Shown piece by piece: positions 50,194 through 60,455 of a DNA stretch of 64,000 nucleotides (positions within the stretch are counted from its first letter, which is position 1; each line of letters starts with the position of its first letter). The notes beneath the pieces were generated by a model. That model saw only the letters and a program-made list of their open reading frames with translations, was not told where the DNA came from and ran no database searches. The DNA is taken from positions 86,247 to 150,246 of the forward strand of contig CAVQLU010000001.1 of NCBI GenBank assembly GCA_963713435.1. The letters run 5' to 3'. Position numbers and translations under genes: made by a program. The DNA comes from an uncultured Actinomycetes bacterium. GTDB lineage: Bacteria; Actinomycetota; Thermoleophilia; Gaiellales; JALYLC01.

Positions 50194-51045
50194 TCACGGA
50201 CCGCTTTCGAGACTCGCGGCGTGGTCGGGGACGTAGTGGAAAAGCGACCGCGCAGGCCGCTCGTATCCGGGATCGGGTGGCCGCGGTGGAAGCTTGATCC
50301 CTGACTCCGTCACATCCTCGTAGGGGAGGAACGAGAGGATGTGAGCGATGCAGTTGAGGCGCGCGCGACGCTTGTCGTCGCCTTCGACCACGTACCAGGG
50401 CGCTTCGGGGATGTCGGTGTGGACGAACATCTCGTCCTTTGCCCGCGAGAAGTCGACCCAGCGGGCGCGTGACTCGATGTCCATGGTGGAGAGTTTCCAG
50501 CGGCGCATGGGGTCGTCGATCCGCGACTGGAACCGGCGCTCCTGCTCCTCGTCGCTGACCGAGAACCAGTACTTGAGCAACAGGATGCCGTCCTCGACCA
50601 GCAGCCGTTCGAAGACCGGGCATTGGTGGAGGAAGCGGCGGTGCTCCTCGGGCGTGCAGAAGCCGAACACGTGCTCGACGCCGGCGCGGTTGTACCAGCT
50701 GCGGTCGAACAGGACGAGCTCGCCGCGCGCCGGCAGGTGCTCGACGTAGCGCTGGAAGTACCATTGCTCGCGCTCGCGTTCTGTCGGACGCGGCAGCGCG
50801 ACGATGCGGGCGACGCGCGGGTTGAGGTACTCCGTGATGCGCTTGATCGCGCCGCCCTTGCCCGCGGCGTCCCGGCCCTCGAAGACCATCACGACGCGGC
50901 TTCCCGAGGTGCGCGCCCACTCCTGGACCTTCACGAGCTCCGCCTGGAGCCGCATCAACTCTTGCTCATAGGCGGCGCGCGGCATCCGCGTCGCCGTGTC
51001 GTGCCTTACGGGGGACTCGGGCTTGCGCTTGCCGGAACTCGGCAC
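50194..51045 (-). CDS. ppk2: Polyphosphate kinase 2
   Basis: FEGRDAAGKGG, WYFQRY, FDRSWYNRAGVE, RRWKLS. Confidence 0.93.
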   Translation of the reverse strand: MPSSGKRKPESPVRHDTATRMPRAAYEQELMRLQAELVKVQEWARTSGSRVVMVFEGRDAAGKGGAIKRITEYLNPRVARIVALPRPTEREREQWYFQRYVEHLPARGELVLFDRSWYNRAGVEHVFGFCTPEEHRRFLHQCPVFERLLVEDGILLLKYWFSVSDEEQERRFQSRIDDPMRRWKLSTMDIESRARWVDFSRAKDEMFVHTDIPEAPWYVVEGDDKRRARLNCIAHILSFLPYEDVTESGIKLPPRPPDPGYERPARSLFHYVPDHAASLESGP

Positions 51046-51166
51046 GATCGCGCCCCCTTCCTCGGCGAGTTGCGCGCCATCATGAGCCGGTTTGCGCGCG
51101 CATGCGCGTCAGTATGACTCGGTTCGCCGAGACCGGGCCGCCCGCAGCCGTGTTCGCCTGGCACCG

Positions 51167-51304
51167 ATGTCCGTTGACGTCAATGCGCAGATCACGATCC
51201 ACCTGCCGCGAGGCGAGCAGGCCTACACGGCCGACCCCGACAACACAACGGGCCTGAGAAGATGTGTCGCGATCCAGATGCCCGGGCGAGGAGTATGGGT
51301 GTGA
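51167..51304 (+). pseudogene. Possible N-terminal remnant of an SRPBCC family gene
   Basis: MSVDVNAQITIHLPR...ADPDN resembles the start of SRPBCC proteins; the rest is missing. Confidence 0.35.
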
Positions 51305-51783
51305 TGACCGACAAATCGGGGCGCACGAGTGCTGGGATCCTGCTCTGGCGCTGCCGGGAGGGTCGCTTGGAGGTGCTCTTGGCCCATCAGGGCGGGCCTC
51401 TATGGGTGAAGAAGGACATCGGCCATTGGACGATCCCCAAGGGCGAGGCGGAGCCGGGTGAGGAGTTCGTGGCGGTGGCTCGGCGGGAGTTCGCGGAAGA
51501 AACCGGAGTGGAGGCCCCCAACGAGCCGCTCATCGATCTTGGACAGATCACACAGAAGTCGGGCAAGCTCGTGCTGGGGTGGGCAGTCGAGGGAGACCTC
51601 GACGCGTCGACCGCCGTGAGCAACACCTACGAGATGGAATGGCCGCCGCATTCGGGCGTCGTCCGGACATTCCCCGAGATCGACCGCGTCGAATGGTTCG
51701 ATCTCGCGGAGGCACGCCGAAGGCTGAAGCCAGCGCAGGTTCCCTTCCTCGAGCGGCTGCATGCGGCCCTCGCCTCCCGGTGA
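51304..51783 (+). CDS. NUDIX hydrolase
   Basis: SAGILLWR, WTIPKGE, ARREFAEETG, FPEIDR. Confidence 0.88.
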   Translation: MTDKSGRTSAGILLWRCREGRLEVLLAHQGGPLWVKKDIGHWTIPKGEAEPGEEFVAVARREFAEETGVEAPNEPLIDLGQITQKSGKLVLGWAVEGDLDASTAVSNTYEMEWPPHSGVVRTFPEIDRVEWFDLAEARRRLKPAQVPFLERLHAALASR

Positions 51784-52946
51784 CGTTCGGCGTTCTCGCC
51801 CTGATCGTCCTGGCTGGCCTGGCCGGCCCGCTGCTCGCGTTTGGGAGGCAGGCGCTCGTCCCGGTGGTCGTGGGCGAGCTCCTCGCCGGGGTCGTGATCG
51901 GGATCAGCGGCTTTCGCTGGCTCGACCCGGCGGAACCGACGACGGCCTTCCTGGCCGAGGTCGGGTTCGCGATGCTGATGTTCGCCGCGGGCATGAACGT
52001 GCCGATCCGCCAGCCGGGACTGCTCTCCGGACTTCGCCGCGGCGGCCTCGCGGCCGTGATCGCCACGCTTCTCGCGGTGCCGTTCGGCATCGCCGCCGCG
52101 CGGGCCACAGGAACGCACCATGCCGCCATCTACGCGCTCCTGCTGGCGAGCGGGTCGGCGGCGATCCTGCTGCCGGCGCTGGAGGAGCAGCGCCTGCTCG
52201 ACGATCCGCGCGCGCTGACGGTAATGGCGCAGGTGGCGCTTGCGGACGTCGCCGCCGTAGTCGCGCTCCCGCTCGTGCTCGAGCCGGGCAAAGCGCTGGA
52301 GGCCGCCCTCGGCGGCGCGCTCGTGGCCGCCTGTGTCCTCCTGCTCTACGCGGTGACGCGCCTCCTCAATCACCGGCCGTGGGTGCGGCTGGTGCGCCGC
52401 TGGTCGAAGAAGCGCGGCTGGGCGCTCGATCTCCGCCTTTCGCTACTCATCCTCTTCGGGCTCGTCTGGATCGCGCAGCGCAGCGGCACCAGCGTGCTCA
52501 TCGCCGGCTTCGGCGTCGGACTGATGGTCGCTGCGATCGGCGGGCCGAAACGGCTCTCGCGGCAAGTCGCCGGAGTCGCGCAGGGCTTCATGGTGCCGCT
52601 CTTCTTCGTCGTCCTCGGGGCACGCATCGACCTGCGTGCACTCGGCCAGCACCCGATCCTGATCGCGCTCGCGGTGCTGCTGCTCGCGCTCAACGCCGCG
52701 GTGCACGTCCTCGCCGCGCTCCTGACGCGGCAGCCGCTCGCGGCAGGTCTCGCCGCCACCGCTCAGCTCGGCGTCCCGGCCGCGGTCGTCGCCCTGGGCC
52801 TGCAGCGCGACATCCTCACCCCCGGCGAGGGCTCGGCGATCGTCGTCGCCGCGCTCGCCTCGCTCGCGCTGACCGCCGCCGGAGTCACCCTGCTCGGCCG
52901 GCGAACCCAGGCCCGAGTCGAGCCGCATCCCCAACCCGGGTCATGA
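51780..52946 (+). CDS. Cation:proton antiporter
   Basis: PVVVGELLAGVVIG, GFAMLMFAAG, PLFFVVLGA; many TM helices. Confidence 0.82.
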   Translation: MTFGVLALIVLAGLAGPLLAFGRQALVPVVVGELLAGVVIGISGFRWLDPAEPTTAFLAEVGFAMLMFAAGMNVPIRQPGLLSGLRRGGLAAVIATLLAVPFGIAAARATGTHHAAIYALLLASGSAAILLPALEEQRLLDDPRALTVMAQVALADVAAVVALPLVLEPGKALEAALGGALVAACVLLLYAVTRLLNHRPWVRLVRRWSKKRGWALDLRLSLLILFGLVWIAQRSGTSVLIAGFGVGLMVAAIGGPKRLSRQVAGVAQGFMVPLFFVVLGARIDLRALGQHPILIALAVLLLALNAAVHVLAALLTRQPLAAGLAATAQLGVPAAVVALGLQRDILTPGEGSAIVVAALASLALTAAGVTLLGRRTQARVEPHPQPGS

Positions 52947-53021
52947 GTCGCAAGCCAGCACGCGGCCACGATCCGTGCTGCCCGTATGGGCGCGAAGCGG
53001 GCAGCCGCCTGCGACTAGCCG

Positions 53022-53050
53022 GGGAATGAACTCGCCCGAATCGGAGTCCT
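53022..53050 (+). promoter_or_regulatory. Candidate ECF promoter GGGAAT-N18-GTCCT upstream of the anti-sigma gene
   Basis: The same boxes recur at 54408-54435. Confidence 0.5.
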
Positions 53051-53139
53051 CTGGAGTGTGATGACCACGTCCTGGGCTCTTCCAGGCCAAGGCGACGCCG
53101 CGCCGACGCGCGGATCTCGGAGTTATCTTTCGTGTTGCC

Positions 53140-53823
53140 GTGCCAATGAAACGTCGAGGACGTGAGGAAGCCGCTCTCGAGGAGATGGCAGAGTTGGCCG
53201 CGCTCGCGGATGGATCGTTGGCGCCGGAGCGTCGCGCGGCGCTCACTGCACGCGTGGCGGCGTCTTCGGAGCTGGCTGACCGACTCGCCGAGCAGGAGCG
53301 TGCAATCGCGCTCTCGCGCAGCGCCGAAGCCGAGGTCGAGGCTCCCGCGGCCCTGAGAGAACGCATCGAGCTGCGCGGTGTGCGAGGTCAGCCGAAGCGA
53401 AGGCGGATCATCGTGGTCGGCTCCGCGGTTGCGGTGGCCCTGGCTGTTGTTGTCGCGCTGTCGGTGCTCCGCACGGGCAGCCAGAGCGAGAGATTCCGGG
53501 CGGCTCTCGCTCCCACCGGTCTCGCGCCCGGAGCGAGCGGCGAAGCGACGCTCACCAAGACGTCCTCGGGTTGGCGAATCGAGCTTGATGCCACGGGGCT
53601 TCCCCGCCGCGATGGCGGGTTCTTCTACGAGGCGTGGCTGCGCAGTCCCACCGGCGTGCTCGTCCCGATCGGGACGTTCAACGAGGGCCGTAAGGTCACG
53701 CTTTGGGCCGGAGTGTCGCCGAAGGACTATCCGAGCCTGACCGTCACCCGCGAGCCGGCCGATGGTGATCAGGCATCGTCCGGCGAGAAGGTTCTTGTCG
53801 GAGCGGTCACCTCTAGCCGCTAG
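53140..53823 (+). CDS. Anti-sigma factor (RskA-like)
   Basis: LAALADGSL, TM helix, GLP...YEAWL..IGTF, VTREP..G..SS. Confidence 0.75.
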   Translation: MPMKRRGREEAALEEMAELAALADGSLAPERRAALTARVAASSELADRLAEQERAIALSRSAEAEVEAPAALRERIELRGVRGQPKRRRIIVVGSAVAVALAVVVALSVLRTGSQSERFRAALAPTGLAPGASGEATLTKTSSGWRIELDATGLPRRDGGFFYEAWLRSPTGVLVPIGTFNEGRKVTLWAGVSPKDYPSLTVTREPADGDQASSGEKVLVGAVTSSR

Positions 53824-53871
53824 CACCGCGGGCGATTCGAAGCCGGACGCAGCAGTCGCTAGCGAATCGGT

Positions 53872-54363
53872 TCACCCGCCGTCGACGCGGCGCACGACCT
53901 CCTGGCGGGCGCGGTAGAGGCGGCTCATCACCGTGCCTTCTCGGATCCGGAGGGATCGCGCCGCCTCCTTGTACGAGAGGCCGGTGATGTCGACGGCGAC
54001 GAGGACGTCGCGGAAAGCGGCCGGCAGCGCGGCGATGGCGGCGTAGAGTTCGCCGGCCTCGACTGCAGCCTGCGGTTGGCGTGCCTGCGGGTCGGCGACG
54101 ATGTCCAGTTGATCGGGCAGCGGGCCTGGACGAAGTCGGCGGCTCTCGGCTCGCTTCTGAGTGAGAAAGATGTTGCGCAGTGCACGCAGGAGGTAGCCAA
54201 GGTCGTCCTCCTTGCGCAGCAGCCTGGGGCGCCTGAGCACGCGCGCATACGTTTCCTGGACGAGGTCTTCGGCGTCCTCGCGTGAGCCGCAGAGCGCCCA
54301 GGCGGCTCGGTAGAGCCGGTCGAGGTGCTCGCCGCTCCGGGCTGGGTCGAGTGGGCGTTCCAT
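53872..54363 (-). CDS. ECF RNA polymerase sigma factor
   Basis: LYRAAWALCGSREDAEDLVQET, GLSYKEAA...GTVMSRLYRAR. Confidence 0.88.
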   Translation of the reverse strand: MERPLDPARSGEHLDRLYRAAWALCGSREDAEDLVQETYARVLRRPRLLRKEDDLGYLLRALRNIFLTQKRAESRRLRPGPLPDQLDIVADPQARQPQAAVEAGELYAAIAALPAAFRDVLVAVDITGLSYKEAARSLRIREGTVMSRLYRARQEVVRRVDGG

Positions 54364-54407
54364 CGGCGACGCGATCTGGGGTCAGTGCGTCCCGTGAGCA
54401 TACGGCC

Positions 54408-54435
54408 GGGAATAAGTCGCAGCACGCGGCGTCCT
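54408..54435 (+). promoter_or_regulatory. Candidate ECF promoter GGGAAT-N17-GTCCT upstream of the RTX-repeat gene
   Basis: Matches the boxes at 53022-53050. Confidence 0.5.
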
Positions 54436-54481
54436 TGGCGTTGACACGCTCACCACCTACGCACGAGGAGCCACGTACAGC

Positions 54482-56340
54482 ATGAAGAATCGCGTTCGAC
54501 ACAACGACACCCGCAAGGCTCGGCCGGCGCGCCTGGCGGCTACGGCGATCGCCGTGACCGCTGTCATCGCCGGCGCGAGCGGGATCGCGGCCGGACAGGC
54601 CAACGCCGCGTCGTCCCACCAGACCGACAAGCGCTCGCATCCGTACAAACAGATCAAACTCAGGCACCCGCAACTCAAGCACGCCACGCTGAGGGTCGAG
54701 GGCACCCGGCAGAGTGACAGGATCGCGCTTCGCCTGAAGGCCGGCCGGCCCGACATTCTCCAAGTCGACGTGGGTGACGACGGCTCGCCCGACTTCAGCT
54801 TCAAGCGCAGATACATAGCCAAGATCGCCGTCTACGCCCGCGCCGGCGACGACCTCGTCCGCATCGATGACAGCAACGGCGTCTTCACCGACAGCATCGC
54901 GACGACGATCGACGGTGGCGCCGGAGACGACAACCTCGCCGGGGGTGCCGGAGTCGAGAAGTTGCTCGGCGGCGACGGCAACGACACGATCGATGGGAAC
55001 GGAGGCAACGACCTGGCGCTCATGGGCGCAGGCGACGACACCTTCGTGTGGGATCCGGGCGACGGCAGCGACACTGTCGAAGGCCAGACCGGCAGCGACA
55101 CGATGCGCTTCAACGGCGCGGCCGCCGCCGAGCACATCGACCTGTCCGCCAACGGAAACCGGCTCAGGTTCTTCCGCGACGCCGGCAACATCACCATGGA
55201 CACCAACGGCCTCGAAACGGTCGACTTCAACGCACTCGGCGGCGCCGACACGATCACCGTCAACGACCTCAGCGCCACCGACGTCCGTAACGTCAACACC
55301 GACCTCGCCGGCACACCCGGCGGCAGCACCGGCGACGGCCAGGCCGACCAGGTCATCGTCAACGGCACCAACCGCAACGACGCAATCACCGCGGCGGGAA
55401 GCAACGGCGCGGTCAACGTCACGGGGCTAGCAGCGACAGTGAGCATCACAAACGCCGAAGCCACCAACGACACGCTCGCAATCAACGCCCTCGACGGCAA
55501 CGACACCGTCGACGCCTCCGCACTCTCTGCTCAGACGATCGCGACGACGATCGACGGTGGCGCCGGAGACGACAACCTCGCCGGGGGTGCCGGAGTCGAG
55601 AAGTTGCTCGGCGGCGACGGCAACGACACGATCGATGGGAACGGAGGCAACGACCTGGCGCTCATGGGCGCAGGCGACGACACCTTCGTGTGGGATCCGG
55701 GCGACGGCAGCGACACTGTCGAAGGCCAGACCGGCAGCGACACGATGCGCTTCAACGGCGCGCCGCCGCCGAGCACATCGACCTGTCCGCCAACGGAAAC
55801 CGGCTCAGGTTCTTCCGCGACGCCGGCAACATCACCATGGACACCAACGGCCTCGAAACGGTCGACTTCAACGCACTCGGCGGCGCCGACACGATCACCG
55901 TCAACGACCTCAGCGCCACCGACGTCCGTAACGTCAACACCGACCTCGCCGGCACACCCGGCGGCAGCACCGGCGACGGCCAGGCCGACCAGGTCATCGT
56001 CAACGGCACCAACCGCAACGACGCAATCACCGCGGCGGGAAGCAACGGCGCGGTCAACGTCACGGGGCTAGCAGCGACAGTGAGCATCACAAACGCCGAA
56101 GCCACCAACGACACGCTCGCAATCAACGCCCTCGACGGCAACGACACCGTCGACGCCTCCGCACTCCACGCGAACGCGATCAAGCTCGCGATCGATGGCG
56201 GCGCCGGCGACGACAAGCTGACCGGAGGCGCCGGGAACGACAGCCTGTTCGGCCGCGATGGCGACGACGTGCTGATCGGAGGGCTTGGCCTGGACGTCCT
56301 CGACGGCGGCTCGGGCAGCAACATCCTGACACAGGACTGA
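54482..56340 (+). CDS. Secreted calcium-binding protein with RTX-like GGxGxD repeats (1-nt frameshift near 55760)
   Basis: Signal peptide; GGAGDD/GGDGND/GGSG nonapeptide repeats; GAGGAG RBS. Confidence 0.85.
54896..56166 (+). repeat. Near-identical tandem duplication, about 630-bp unit with 642-bp period
   Basis: 54896-55525 versus 55538-56166; the only difference seen is one missing G near 55760. Confidence 0.9.
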
Positions 56341-56349
56341 CCACCACCA

Positions 56350-56390
56350 CGCGCTTCACCCGTGGGCCGAACGGTCCCGGGTGAAGCGCG
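56350..56390. terminator. GC-rich hairpin after the RTX gene
   Basis: CGCGCTTCACCCG...CGGGTGAAGCGCG, between convergent genes. Confidence 0.5.
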
Positions 56391-56591
56391 GCCGCACCGC
56401 TCGCCATTCGCGCGCGGCTGCTGCTCAACTCTCTACCGCGAACGGATCCGTGCGCGCATGGAAAGGCCTCGCGTCGCCAGCGAGCCCAGTGCCGTCCCCG
56501 TCTTCCAACCCCGACTAGCCCACCGGCGAAGCCCGGCCGCACCCGCTGGTTACTCGCGATCTTCTGTACCCGGCGGCGAAGACGGCTGCAG

Positions 56592-58058
56592 TTAGTCCTG
56601 CGTCGCGATGATGCTCGGCCAGATGTCGGCGAGCGTGCCGCGCAGGGTGCAGCGGGCGATCGGCTGGCCGCCCTCGTCGCTGTCGTTGGCTGCGGAGATG
56701 CGTGCGACGACGCGATACCTGCGGCAGAAGCTCGCGGTGTGGCGCGAGTAGCCGACGAGGAGCGCCCGCCGCCCTACTACCCTTGGTCGCCAATAGCGCA
56801 TCGTCACATCCGCCGACGCGACCGGCGGCAGAGCGCGGCCGAATAGCACGAGTGCTCCCGCCTCGCCGTAGTTGTCCGCGATGATCACGTCGGTGCCTCT
56901 CGCGTGCTGCTCGACGAGGCGCGCGTATGCAGGCCAGCCGACCTCCGACTGGTAGTCACCGCGAGCTTTCAGAACTCCGTGCCGGACGGCTGTGTGCAGC
57001 GGTAGCACCGGCAGCGAGATCGGCAGGACGAGAAGGCCGACCGTCACGAACACTGCGCCGGCCAGTTGGAGACGGCGACGTGTCGCCCAGCGGTCGAGCG
57101 GGATCGCACCCGCGGCGAGCGCGAACACCAGCACGGGCAGCGCGTAGTAGGACTTCCCCCCGAGGACGAAGTACGCGACGACCGTGCCGACAATCGTCCA
57201 GCCGAACGGGCGCAGCGTGCGATCGCGGATGAGCAACATGACTCCGGCGACGGCGACCGGTACTGCCGCTCCCGTGAGCAGAATCACGTTCGCGATGAAC
57301 ACCGGCCGCGTTTCGTCGCTTCCGCTCGGCGGCGGGTGGAGGAACCAGTGCACACTCGTCCAGCCGTGGCCGGCCTGCCAGATGAGGTTAGGGACGAGCA
57401 GGACGGCCGCGATCGCCACGGCCAGCGGAAGGCCCCGCGTGCGCAGGACGTCACGACGCCAGACGAGGAACGTCGCGAACAGCAGGACGATGACGACGGC
57501 GAGGGTGTACTTCGTCTCGAGGCCGATGCCGAGGGCGATTCCGAGCAGCGGCCAGGAGCCGCGGCCGAGTGTGAGCCGCAGCGCGAGCCAGAGGACGATC
57601 ATCGTCGTCAGTTGGTCGAGCGCGACCGGCTGGAAGAGCAGATTGGTCGCAAGCATCGCCGGACCGAACCCGATCATCACGGCTGCGAGCGTCTGCGCCC
57701 GGCGCGACGCGCCGAGCTCACGGGCGACAAAGGCCCCGACGAGCACTGTTCCGGCGCTCGCGAGGATCGTGGAGGCGCGCAAGCCGACGAGCGACCAGCC
57801 GAACAGGCCTCGAGCCAGCGCCGCAAGCAGCGCCGTCACGGGTGGGAACTCGACATAGCCGCCCTGCAGATGCAGACCGGCGACCGCGTAATACAGCTCG
57901 TCGCGGTGCCAGCCGTAGCGTCCCGCGACGGCGAGCTCGAGCGCGCACTTCAGCGCGACGACGAGGAGCACGGGGCCGGCCGCGAAGACGACCGCGCCCT
58001 TCTCTGCGCGGGTGTGCGCCACGGCCACCAAGCCTAGGAGCTGGGAGTCGCATGACAC
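56592..58058 (-). CDS. Glycosyltransferase family 39 / ArnT-like membrane protein
   Basis: RYGWHRDELYY, GYVEFPP, GLETKYT, PNLIWQ, GGKSYY, NYGEAGA. Confidence 0.82.
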   Translation of the reverse strand: MSCDSQLLGLVAVAHTRAEKGAVVFAAGPVLLVVALKCALELAVAGRYGWHRDELYYAVAGLHLQGGYVEFPPVTALLAALARGLFGWSLVGLRASTILASAGTVLVGAFVARELGASRRAQTLAAVMIGFGPAMLATNLLFQPVALDQLTTMIVLWLALRLTLGRGSWPLLGIALGIGLETKYTLAVVIVLLFATFLVWRRDVLRTRGLPLAVAIAAVLLVPNLIWQAGHGWTSVHWFLHPPPSGSDETRPVFIANVILLTGAAVPVAVAGVMLLIRDRTLRPFGWTIVGTVVAYFVLGGKSYYALPVLVFALAAGAIPLDRWATRRRLQLAGAVFVTVGLLVLPISLPVLPLHTAVRHGVLKARGDYQSEVGWPAYARLVEQHARGTDVIIADNYGEAGALVLFGRALPPVASADVTMRYWRPRVVGRRALLVGYSRHTASFCRRYRVVARISAANDSDEGGQPIARCTLRGTLADIWPSIIATQD

Positions 58059-58213
58059 GCCGGAGCCCCTGTAACAAACTCAACCGCGAAGCTGTCGGCG
58101 CGATCCCGAGTAAAAGGTGAGGCCCTACCTTTCACGGAGGTGCTCCATGAAGTTTGCCTCAGCCAAGACTGCACGGCCACCGCGACGTTGGTGCCAGTTA
58201 CGGGGGTTCCCGC

Positions 58214-58374
58214 GAAGCCCTCTCAGGGACTCGAACCCTGGACCCCCTCCTTACCATTTCGGCGCAAACGGTTGCGGCGGGTTGCATCTAGCCGCTTATC
58301 CCGCTGATTTCGCCCGCGCGTGGGCTCGAGAGTTGCGATTGGTTGCGGGCGCTGGTTGACATCCCGTTGACATC
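58214..58374 (-). mobile_element. att-like site: 3' half of tRNA-Thr(GGT) followed by paired GGTTGC and GTTGACATC boxes
   Basis: Minus strand 58257-58214 reads ATGGTAAGGAGGGGGTCCAGGGTTCGAGTCCCTGAGAGGGCTTC (GGT anticodon, T-arm CAGGG-TTCGAGT-CCCTG, acceptor strand); no 5' half; GTTGACATC at 58355-58363 and 58366-58374. Confidence 0.75.
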
Positions 58375-58614
58375 GCAACATCGCGCCGCTCCGGGAGCAG
58401 GACGCTCGCAGCCGCACGCTCCATGGGTGCAAGACGTGGCGTTGGGCACCGGGGAGCCTACTCGGGCCCTGACGATCCCTTCGGCGCGGGTCGCTCAGAG
58501 GCATTGCGGCGCCTGCGGGTGGACATCGCCGGTCGCTCGGCGCGCTTCCGCTACCAGACGGTCGACGGGAAGGTGCGCGACGACTTCCGCCTGCGCTGCA
58601 CTGCAAACGGATGA
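58374..58614 (+). pseudogene. Decayed 3' fragment of a paralog of the metallophosphoesterase at 45019-46047
   Basis: Aligns by eye to about 45760-46041; LRVDIAGRSARFRYQTVDGKVRDDFRLRC is almost identical; multiple small deletions in the 5' part. Confidence 0.85.
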
Positions 58615-58631
58615 CCCTTCTCTGCTCGGGA

Positions 58632-60427
58632 TCAGGCAGGTTGGTGAGGCATCGCGAGCGTGCGCCGCCGCAAGCGGTACATCCTGAAGCGGCCGTAATC
58701 CTTCGCAGCGGGCATGCTGCCGACGTAGTCGCACCCCAGCCCCGGACGCTGAGCAAGCTCGAGGGCGGCCGCGAACGGCTCGGTCACGTAGACCGCGCCG
58801 GGCGGCGTCACCGGTTCGATCCGCGCGGTGCGGCTGACGTGCGACCCGGTGAAGGCCCGTGCCTTCAGCACGGGCTCGTCGAGCGGGAACACCGGGCCAA
58901 CGTGGACGCCGATTCGCAGCGCAATCTGGTCGGTCACCTCGAGCGCACGCAGGTCGATCGCCGCGATCGCATACTGCAGATCCAGGGCGCACTCGGCGGC
59001 CAAGACGGTGTCGGTAAACACGACGTAGAGGGCATCCCCCCAGGTATTCCGGTGCTCGATCGCGTCCTCGTACCGTTCGAGCACGGTGGCGAAGGCGCTC
59101 AGAACCTGCCGCAGGACCAGGGGACCTGCTCGTCGGCGAGCTTGGAGAATCCCTTGACATCTGCGAACAGCAGCGCCCGGACGACTCGGCCAGAGGTCGC
59201 CGCCGCTCCTCCGCTGATGGACGGAAGCGGCTCGGTGGAGCGTTCGGTCGGGATTACCGAGACGACCTGTCCCGAGGCGCGCCAGGTGGTGATATCGAGA
59301 GCAGTCCCGGCACCGCCGAGGTCGGCCGCCCCGTCCCAGACGGCGAGCTGACGGACGCTCGCGTCGAGGTAGCGGGCGCGGAGCAGCGCAAGGCCCATTG
59401 CCAGCTCGGCTCCATACCGGTAGAGAGCGTCGTCGGGCACGAACGCGTTGTCCGTTGCGTAGGTGACATTGAACGCGGCGTCCAGGCAGCGGTGGAAGCG
59501 CTCGACCCAGGCGGGACCGGATGAGGCAACAGAGCTCTGGATGAACGCATCTCGCACGAACGGGAGGACGATGTGGAGCTCCGCTCCACGAGCGAGCAGT
59601 GCCTCGGCCCACATGATGTCCGCGCCGCTCGCCAGCGAGCCGTAGGCGTAGCGCGGGGCGTCGCGCATCAACTCCGCCTCGATGAGCGCGGCGACGTCCT
59701 CCTCCGCCTCGGCCCGAAAGCGCCCGGACATCCCTGGGGCGGCTATGCGATGCCCGCAGAAGTGCGCTACCCCGGGGCCCGCGAGGATGCCGATGATCTC
59801 GGGATCGGCGCCGGTCAGGGCGCACACGAGGCGTAACTGACGGCGCGTGGTCGCGAGCGAGGAATAGTCACCGCCGTGCAGTTGCGCCGCTCGCCCGAGC
59901 GCCACACGAGCCGCGCCCTCGTTTCCGAGCAGAAGCTGGGCTTCCCCCGCGGTCGCGGCTGCGTAGTACGAGCGCTCGCCGGTCCGGTCGAGCACCTCGA
60001 GTGCGATACGCGCCAGCGTGCGTGCACGCTCGGGCTCGCCTGCCACGAAGCTGAGGGTCGCGGCGTTGATCGCGGCGTAGTAGCCGCGCGTGCGAGCGTG
60101 GATCGCCAGATAGAGATCGCGCGCACGGATAGCCTCCCCTCGCCGCGCGGCCACCGTGCCGGCGAGCGCGAGATCCTTGGCGATCCGGGCGCCCAGCGCT
60201 GCGACTTCCTCCTCCTCGGAGGCCTTGAGCCCGTAGCGCGCGAACCGCCGGGCTGCCTCATCCGTCGCGCCGGCCCGCGCCAAGGCGAGCACCGCACGAT
60301 GTTTCAGCCAGAGATCGGCCGGGCGCTCTGCGAGACCCTGCTCCGCAAGATCGAACGCGGTCAGCAGTTCCCCTCGCCGCTCTGCGTCCTTGACAGCCTC
60401 GAGCCAGTCGGTAGCCGACCTGCTCAC
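58632..60427 (-). CDS. TPR (TPR-S/TRAF-binding-like) + SLOG-like + class III nucleotide cyclase protein (frameshift near 59110)
   Basis: GYYAAINAATL, YYAAATAGEA; FCGHR..YGSLASGADI..LHIVLPF; LFADVKGFS, NTWGDA, LRIGVHVGPV, RTARIE. Confidence 0.8.
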
Positions 60428-60455
60428 GCCACCGCCGCGATCGCGGACCGGAGCC

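Noticed and set aside
58214-58257. Functional tRNA-Thr gene
   Set aside because: Only the anticodon loop to acceptor 3' strand is present; there is no D-arm or 5' acceptor strand, so it is treated as an att-like remnant.
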